Under the pieces are notes generated by a model. The model searched no databases. It had not been told where the DNA came from and was given only the letters and a program-made list of their open reading frames with translations. 64,000 bases of DNA. Source: an uncultured Bacteroidia bacterium (GTDB lineage: Bacteria; Bacteroidota; Bacteroidia; Bacteroidales; ML635J-15). The stretch covers positions 89,526-153,525 of the forward strand of contig CACYQN010000008.1 of NCBI GenBank assembly GCA_902776565.1. Reading direction: 5' to 3'. This document shows positions 10,493-16,287 of the stretch, piece by piece. Numbering within the stretch: the first letter of the stretch is position 1; each line of letters opens with the position of its first letter. Both the position numbers and the translations under genes were made by a program.

Positions 10493-11116
10493 TTAACCCA
10501 ACTGGCTTGCAATAACCTTATACCACCAGTCCCAAGAGTATCCTCTTGATGTTGACGGATGATATACTGCTATCACGCGAGATTTCTTTCCGTTTTTCAA
10601 TTGATAATAGCCGTTTCTCACATTGTAGCCGTCAACAACCAATGGCTCACCCTTAATCCAACCTTCGTTGGGCAAATTATCGTACAGGCGACCAACACCC
10701 CAGACGATTATCAAATCAGGTTGCAATTCATTGATTACCTCAAGAAATGCCGTTTGTCCTTCCATGTAGTCTTCGCCTGAGCCTGCTGTTCTTGTTTTTG
10801 TCATTGCAACCTGCAGGAAGTTGAAGAAAGCCAAAGACTGCCATATTTCATTTGAATCTTCAAGTGTAGTTTCCTTGTTGACAAGCGAACGTTCAAACTT
10901 TTTGAATGTATTCGCCCAACCGCCAGTACTGCCATCCAACAATGATTCAATTATTTTAGTGGTGTTTAAATCATTACATTCTGGTGCATATTTTATCCCA
11001 CATTTATCACATCCTCCGCAGTAATGGCTTTCGCCCAACACAAGGATTTTCTTCTTAAATATACCGCCATTCTGATAGTTTTTGCCAATCCAAGGCTTGA
11101 AAAATACATGTTCCAT
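10493..11116 (-). CDS. Hypothetical protein with uracil-DNA-glycosylase-superfamily-like motif order and a C-x2-C-x2-C-x7-C cluster
   Basis: 207 aa with LVLGESHY (aa 25-32), CGGCDKCGIKYAPEC (33-47), FFNF (97-100), IIVWG (136-140) and VYHPSTSRGYS (184-194). It lies 7 nt downstream of the preceding ORF. Confidence 0.7.
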   Translation of the reverse strand: MEHVFFKPWIGKNYQNGGIFKKKILVLGESHYCGGCDKCGIKYAPECNDLNTTKIIESLLDGSTGGWANTFKKFERSLVNKETTLEDSNEIWQSLAFFNFLQVAMTKTRTAGSGEDYMEGQTAFLEVINELQPDLIIVWGVGRLYDNLPNEGWIKGEPLVVDGYNVRNGYYQLKNGKKSRVIAVYHPSTSRGYSWDWWYKVIASQLG

Positions 11117-11123
11117 AGTAAAA

Positions 11124-12485
11124 TTACTTTATATTGTTAATCTTGTCACTCCATTTCCCAATATTTTGGGCAATATCGTCATCTGTTGTGTTTTTTGGCA
11201 ATGTTTCCAATAGTGCCATCTTATATCCGTCAACATCTTCAATTTCAGAAGCACTTGCTTTCTGTTGCAGAACTTTGAGTTTTTCAATGTCGTTGTTGTT
11301 TACAGCAAGCATTATTCTTGTGGTGTTGTCGTTGTTTTTATAGTCGCCATCCTTGTAGGCAAAAATGTAAGGATTGTTGTCTGTGTCATCTTTAATTTCG
11401 CATACAGTACCCCAGTGCCAAGTATAGACATTGTCGCCATATTTTCCCTTTAGCATCTTTTCCCACGAACTGGCTTTTGCCTGACGCTCGCAAGCATCCA
11501 CCAGATATGTGAACCAGTCAGCAAGACATTCTTGCAATTCCTTCGAGGTCGGGAAATACTTTGTCGCGTCGTTTTCTTTAAGGTCATAGAATTTGTCCAA
11601 ATGCCACCACCATAAGCCGTATTGTCTTCGTCCGCAACCTTCTTTCTCCTTTAAAAATTTTGAAAAATAAACTTCTGAACCATATTCTGCTTGAACGTAG
11701 TAATGCCCGTCGTAGAATCCGTATTTTACTTTTGCATCGCCTTTTGTGATTTCCTTGTATTCAAAACTATCGTCTGTTATATTCCAGCCTTTCGCTTCCC
11801 ATTCCTTGCGGGCGTTATCCCAGATTTCAACTTTAGCGTTGTCAGAATTTGCTGCAGACTCTTGCAAACTTTCTATTGAAATAACAGAATCTGTATTAAC
11901 TCTTTCTGTGCTGGATTCAAAAGCAGCAAATGCTTGCGAGAAAATTTTTGCGGCTTCATTCCTGCATTTGTCATTAGGTGTTTTGTCCTCGTAGATTTCT
12001 TCCTGAAAGTTTTTTACAACATTGAACAGTTCCTTTTGCAGTTTTTCTACATCGTATGGTTTATTTGGATACAGACAGACGCATTTTAGGATTTCCTCAA
12101 CGCTTTTGCTTATTGATTCTATGTGCTCGTCCGTTGTGTGCATTGTAATGTACGAAGTTTGGAATTGCAGGCGAATCTTTTCATCGTCGGACAGTTGCCT
12201 GTCCTCAATGGCATTGCATAGGGTTTGCAAGTACTCTTGGTATATACGCAGTTTTTCTTCGTAAATCTTCGACTTTGCAGTGCGCGAAAGTTCACTCTTG
12301 TCTTGGCTTCTCAGCAATATGAATGTTATAAGAATCGTGATTGCCGCTCCGAGAATTGCGGATAGAAACTGATATGGAACATCTGTCACCGTGAATAGTC
12401 GGCAGATATATGCGATGGCACATATTAACAGCACCGAAATTGCTGATATTAATATGCCGGTTGAGTTTTTAATTTTCTCTTTCAT
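11124..12485 (-). CDS. Membrane protein: two N-terminal TM helices, long coiled-coil region, Trp/Tyr-rich C-terminal domain; unknown family
   Basis: 453-aa ORF with TM segments GILISAISVLLICAIAYICRLF and FLSAILGAAITILITFILL. The rest is charged and helical, followed by a beta-rich-looking C-terminus. Confidence 0.75.
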   Translation of the reverse strand: MKEKIKNSTGILISAISVLLICAIAYICRLFTVTDVPYQFLSAILGAAITILITFILLRSQDKSELSRTAKSKIYEEKLRIYQEYLQTLCNAIEDRQLSDDEKIRLQFQTSYITMHTTDEHIESISKSVEEILKCVCLYPNKPYDVEKLQKELFNVVKNFQEEIYEDKTPNDKCRNEAAKIFSQAFAAFESSTERVNTDSVISIESLQESAANSDNAKVEIWDNARKEWEAKGWNITDDSFEYKEITKGDAKVKYGFYDGHYYVQAEYGSEVYFSKFLKEKEGCGRRQYGLWWWHLDKFYDLKENDATKYFPTSKELQECLADWFTYLVDACERQAKASSWEKMLKGKYGDNVYTWHWGTVCEIKDDTDNNPYIFAYKDGDYKNNDNTTRIMLAVNNNDIEKLKVLQQKASASEIEDVDGYKMALLETLPKNTTDDDIAQNIGKWSDKINNIK

Positions 12486-12508
12486 TTTTGTTTGTGTTTA
12501 AAAAGACG

Positions 12509-12736
12509 TTAATTTATTTTATGCCATTGATGGAAAGTCCCCTTTATACAGTATGAAAGAGTCGGTGTTTTTTTGCTTTTAAGAACAAGTCCACAATTTT
12601 TGCATTTATATGTATCAGTCCCAACTTCACCAAAGTCATACCATTGGTGGAAAGTTCCCTTTATACAACCTGATAAATTTGGTGTTCTCTCACTTTGAAT
12701 CAAAGTGTCACATTTTTTACACAGAAAATTTTTCAT
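12509..12736 (-). CDS. 75-aa internally duplicated Cys/His (zinc-ribbon-like) mini-protein
   Basis: There are two about 33-aa halves: CKKC..14..CIKGTFHQW and CKNC..14..CIKGTFHQW. It lies 23 nt upstream of the 453-aa ORF. Confidence 0.6.
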   Translation of the reverse strand: MKNFLCKKCDTLIQSERTPNLSGCIKGTFHQWYDFGEVGTDTYKCKNCGLVLKSKKTPTLSYCIKGTFHQWHKIN

Positions 12737-12805
12737 TGTATTATTCCTTTTTATTTAAATTTTGCCTACTTGTTTCAGGCATCGGCATTCCTTATTTTTT
12801 GATAA

Positions 12806-13621
12806 TTAGTTATCCTTAATGCAGCGAATGGAATAAAAAGCGTCATTTTCAAAATGAGTTTTAGAAACTTCATCTTTAGTAATGTATGGCTTATCGATAT
12901 TCATTTCTATATAATATTGATAAACACTGAAATCGTGCTTGCTCTCTGTTGACGTCCAGAATCTTGTGGCTTCACCATCTTTTTTCCAACTATAATAGTA
13001 ATATCCGCATCCTTGTGCAGAAAATCCGGAAGCATTATTTGTCGTCAATGGATTGTACCCAATATTAATAGAATCTTCAGGTCGTGGGTTAAGATAGTAT
13101 TTCCATTCAACAGAATCTGCCAATGCCTTTGCGATATGTGTGTTGCTAATTCCGCAAATATATTTTTTCTGGCTCATCATATAATGTTCCAATTCTTCCC
13201 ATTCCGATATAGAGGGAACGTGCCATCCTTCGGGACAAATATGTTCTGAAGAAGCGGTATTCTTGTCGTAAAAGATTCTACCATAGTCATCTACCTTATA
13301 ACATAAGGTTGAGTTACGTTTAACAGAGTCGTAGTCATAACGAAATTTATTAGTTGGTTTATAGTAATCATCAGGATTGTACTCCGTGAGATTTGACGTT
13401 GTCTGCAAGTTGCTTTTCATCCACACTTGATTTCCCAACTTTACGGCATCGTAGGTGTTTCCGTCAATGTCTTTTACCACATTCTCGATAACTCTGTCGC
13501 CTTCTTTTGTCATGGCCTTCTCTGGAGAATTTCCATCGCAACTATTAAGTGAAAAGGCAAACATAAGCGCAATTAACATCAAATTGGCACTAAACACTTT
13601 TTTTGTACTAAATCTATTCAT
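12806..13621 (-). CDS. Lipoprotein with Fibrobacter succinogenes major paralogous (FISUMP, TIGR02145-like) domain
   Basis: Lipobox FSLNSC is present from the internal ATG at 13621. FISUMP hallmarks are GNQVWMKSNL and CPEGWHVPSISEWEELE...FWTST...YSIRC. A -7 box lies at 13648-13655, inside the longer ORF-track extension. Confidence 0.85.
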   Translation of the reverse strand: MNRFSTKKVFSANLMLIALMFAFSLNSCDGNSPEKAMTKEGDRVIENVVKDIDGNTYDAVKLGNQVWMKSNLQTTSNLTEYNPDDYYKPTNKFRYDYDSVKRNSTLCYKVDDYGRIFYDKNTASSEHICPEGWHVPSISEWEELEHYMMSQKKYICGISNTHIAKALADSVEWKYYLNPRPEDSINIGYNPLTTNNASGFSAQGCGYYYYSWKKDGEATRFWTSTESKHDFSVYQYYIEMNIDKPYITKDEVSKTHFENDAFYSIRCIKDN

Positions 13622-13647
13622 ATATCCATTATTAAATTTAACATCTG

Positions 13648-13655
13648 CAAATTTA
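13648..13655 (-). promoter_or_regulatory. -7 box (minus strand TAAATTTG) for the FISUMP-led cassette
   Basis: The plus strand reads caaattta, so the minus strand is TAAATTTG, 27 nt upstream of ATG 13621. I found no further TAnnTTTG match between 12737 and 12805. Confidence 0.45.
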
Positions 13656-13943
13656 TTCCTATTATATTCTCTGCGCGTAATTTGCCGCCTACAGTTACTT
13701 TGCGTTCTGCACATAATTACTTTGCATATTTTCGTTTTGTCAGTCATTCTTTGAATTTTTGCTGCAATAATAGGCGGTAGGTACGCCAAAGCGTGTCGTA
13801 GGAGGGAAAAAATGTATAACCCATCATAAAGTTAATGTTGTGCGCCTTTTGTGTAAATTATATGATAGGTTGAATGTTTACTTTGGTCTTGACTTGTGCG
13901 ACCCTTTCCTGAAAAGTTATGTTTTTAGATTGATGTTTTAACT

Positions 13944-14168
13944 TTACTTCTCTTTATACCAGCGACTTAAATCGTCAAAAAAGTCGTGCTGTAATATTTG
14001 CGAGATTTTCATTAGAGTATCAGTGTCAATCCATGGGCGCGAGAATATGAGATAGATATTGTTGCGATGACAGCCCAACTGCTGTGCCAGCCACGAAACC
14101 TTTATGCCTTTCCGTGTCATCTGCTCCCTGATGAGCGAACCGATATGTAGCGTTGAAATGTCCTGCAT
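13944..14168 (-). CDS. Small XRE-type helix-turn-helix DNA-binding protein
   Basis: MQDISTLHIGSLIREQMTRKGIKVSWLAQQLGCHRNNIYLIFSRPWIDTDTLMKISQILQHDFF resembles a common about 75-100-aa Bacteroidales HTH family. The start is taken at the internal ATG. Confidence 0.65.
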   Translation of the reverse strand: MQDISTLHIGSLIREQMTRKGIKVSWLAQQLGCHRNNIYLIFSRPWIDTDTLMKISQILQHDFFDDLSRWYKEK

Positions 14169-14437
14169 CTGCCGTCGTTTGCCGATAACATACAAAAAGC
14201 GTGGAACTAATTTCTTGCCTGACTCTCGGGTTACCACGCCCAACATCTCTTACAAGTAATTCCACGCCGTAGCAATTACGGCGTTCGGCAACTTCCTTGA
14301 GATGTTGTCCTCTAAAAAAGAGGACTTTGTGGTAAATGAGAGCCAAGGGATAGTCACAAACGCTATCTGTCGTTATATGAGTTTTTTTAGTATCTCTGTT
14401 TCGTAGTCTTTATGTTTTTAGTTAAAAATATTGTGTG

Positions 14438-15052
14438 TCATTTATCTCTTACGATATGCTGCGCCCATTCGGGTAAATCGGAGACATATTGCTTCATAAT
14501 TTTACCTTCGTAAAATCGTATGAGCAGTTTCGCCTCCTTGTTTTCTGCTGAATTGTCATAAAGGTAAAGTCTGTCAACTTTATCAGCTATATGTTTGCAG
14601 TTCAATATTGATTTTTGGTAGCGCGAGATTACTTTTGATATAGGCACATCATGTCCGCCTTCCATAACTCTACGAGCAATCCTCGATGCATTGATTATTG
14701 GTGTTTCAGTACAAACGAAAAAAATTCTGACAAAAAATCCAGAATTTAATGCTCTCAAAATGAAATCAACTTTGTCTTGGGCGGATAGAACCGTTTCAAA
14801 GATTAAGCTCTGTTTGTCGTTTAGGCATTGTTCTCGCCATTTTTCGCAGTATTCTACAGACTGCAATATGGCATCCTTTGAGTTCCAGTCGCCAAAGCGT
14901 TCCTGTGCAACAATGTCGGGATTGATGTACACGCAATTCTCAATCCATTCGTGATTAAGGATTTTGCTTGTCACCGAAGTCTTGCCACTTCCATTTGGTC
15001 CTGCGATTACAATCAGTACAGGTTTTTTATTGTTGGAGTTCTCCATTACCAT
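14438..15052 (-). CDS. Zeta-toxin-like P-loop kinase (AAA/zeta toxin family)
   Basis: Walker A VIAGPNGSGKTS is near the N-terminus and the size is about 200 aa. The gene overlaps a small upstream acidic ORF. Confidence 0.7.
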   Translation of the reverse strand: MVMENSNNKKPVLIVIAGPNGSGKTSVTSKILNHEWIENCVYINPDIVAQERFGDWNSKDAILQSVEYCEKWREQCLNDKQSLIFETVLSAQDKVDFILRALNSGFFVRIFFVCTETPIINASRIARRVMEGGHDVPISKVISRYQKSILNCKHIADKVDRLYLYDNSAENKEAKLLIRFYEGKIMKQYVSDLPEWAQHIVRDK

Positions 15053-15218
15053 ATTGTTTTCGATACATTTCAGTCATTTCTGAAAAATATTTTTCAATGG
15101 CGATATTGTATTGGTTCTTGGCTTCCTCAGCGACTTCGTGCATAATGTATTCTAACATTTCATCACTTGGTTCTTCCATATCGGTGAGCCTATACTTATT
15201 AATTTCATCTTTAGACAT
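15027..15218 (-). CDS. 63-aa acidic helical protein, putative cognate antitoxin
   Basis: MSKDEINKYRLTDMEEPSDEMLEYIMHEVAEEAKNQ... Its 3' end overlaps the zeta-like gene start by 26 nt. A -7 box lies 22 nt upstream. Confidence 0.55.
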   Translation of the reverse strand: MSKDEINKYRLTDMEEPSDEMLEYIMHEVAEEAKNQYNIAIEKYFSEMTEMYRKQYGNGELQQ

Positions 15219-15239
15219 AATTATTTGTTTTTTGCATTG

Positions 15240-15247
15240 CAAAGGTA
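15240..15247 (-). promoter_or_regulatory. -7 box (minus strand TACCTTTG) for the TA pair
   Basis: The plus strand reads caaaggta, so the minus strand is TACCTTTG, just upstream of ATG 15218. Confidence 0.4.
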
Positions 15248-15277
15248 CAAAATATTCCGATATATGTTGAATATGTG

Positions 15278-15925
15278 TTATATGATTTCCACAAACGTGG
15301 AAATTATTGTATAGATACCTAACAGTATTATTATCGAGCCACCTACACGGTTGATTACTAGGAAGTGGCGAGGTCTTATCTTTTTTCGGAAGAAACTGAG
15401 CGACATTGTGAGGAAGGTCCACCACGAGAACGAACCAAGGATGAAGCCAAGCATTATGAATACGCCCTTTATCAGTTCGTTGCTGTCGGAAACACCATCG
15501 CCAACTCCAACGTTGAACATTGCAAAGAAGGCAAAGATGTAGGTCATTGCCCCGATGAAGTTCGAAAGCGTGAGCCCAACCACCGATATGAAATCCTGCC
15601 ATAACGAGTTGCGGTTGTCCTTGCTTTGCCTGATGTCCTTAATGACATTGCGCTTGAACATGAACACGCCGAAAATGATGACAATGATTCCACCGACAAC
15701 GCCAAGTATTGGTTTGTATTCCTGTATTGTGTTGAAAATTAATGAATAAAGGAAGTAGGAGAGTGCAGCCATCAGCGTGTCGGCAAACACAACGCCAACT
15801 CCCGAAATGAACGACGATATGCGCGGACGCGTGAGCGCACGCTGTATGCACAATACAGCTACTGGCCCCACTGTTATGGAAGCCGTAAGCCCTACCATTG
15901 CCCCGTCACATATCTCAGAAATCAT
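15278..15925 (-). CDS. LysE/RhtB-family amino-acid exporter
   Basis: About 215 aa and about 6 TM helices, with the N-terminal GLTASITVGPVAVLCIQRAL motif typical of the family. Confidence 0.75.
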   Translation of the reverse strand: MISEICDGAMVGLTASITVGPVAVLCIQRALTRPRISSFISGVGVVFADTLMAALSYFLYSLIFNTIQEYKPILGVVGGIIVIIFGVFMFKRNVIKDIRQSKDNRNSLWQDFISVVGLTLSNFIGAMTYIFAFFAMFNVGVGDGVSDSNELIKGVFIMLGFILGSFSWWTFLTMSLSFFRKKIRPRHFLVINRVGGSIIILLGIYTIISTFVEII

Positions 15926-15976
15926 ACTGCAAAGAAACAAACTTTTTTTTAAAGTAGGTGTTTTTTTATTTTATTC

Positions 15977-16070
15977 GTTTAAAGAAGTTGTTTGAGGTTG
16001 TTTGAAATTGTTTCATATTGTTAGTTTTTAACTTTCAAACCATCTTAAACTCATAAACTTATAAACCATT
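15977..16070 (+). repeat. Phased TTGTTT decamer repeat plus 'aaacttataaac' block (same family as 29036-29150)
   Basis: TTGTTT occurs at 15988, 15998 and 16008 (TTGTTA at 16018), an exact 10-nt period. It is followed by tttttaactttcaaac...aaacttataaac. Confidence 0.7.
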
Positions 16071-16074
16071 TAAC

Positions 16075-16287
16075 TTACTTTTCGTTTCCATCAAGCATAA
16101 TAAACGCCGCCCAGAATCTTGGATTCTCGAAGCCAGCGGTAGTTTTCAAGGTGCGTTGTGCCTTCAGGAAGGCTTCACGCTTGGTCATGCCTTTTATAAG
16201 ATTCGAGTAAAACTCGTCCGCGCTGAAGTCCGAAAACGCCTTCACCTGTGATTTCTCCAAGAGCGGTCTGGCAAGCGGACAGTACAA
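16075..16287 (-). pseudogene. Out-of-frame C-terminal remnant of the CHAT-1 gene
   Basis: The 70-aa ORF ends ...EFYSNLIKGMTKREAFLKAQRTLKTTAGFENPRFWAAFIMLDGNEK, the same as the C-terminus of the 19490 gene. It is in a different frame from the 1028-aa ORF because of a 38-nt deletion at 16216/16217. Confidence 0.8.

Noticed and set aside
14026-14346. 106-aa ORF overlapping the HTH gene and the 14169-14437 spacer, as a possible extra gene or integrase fragment
   Set aside because: It overlaps the better-supported HTH frame, has no recognisable motifs, and its composition changes at the overlap. The spacer contains only short hairpins (14265-14285 and 14308-14326).
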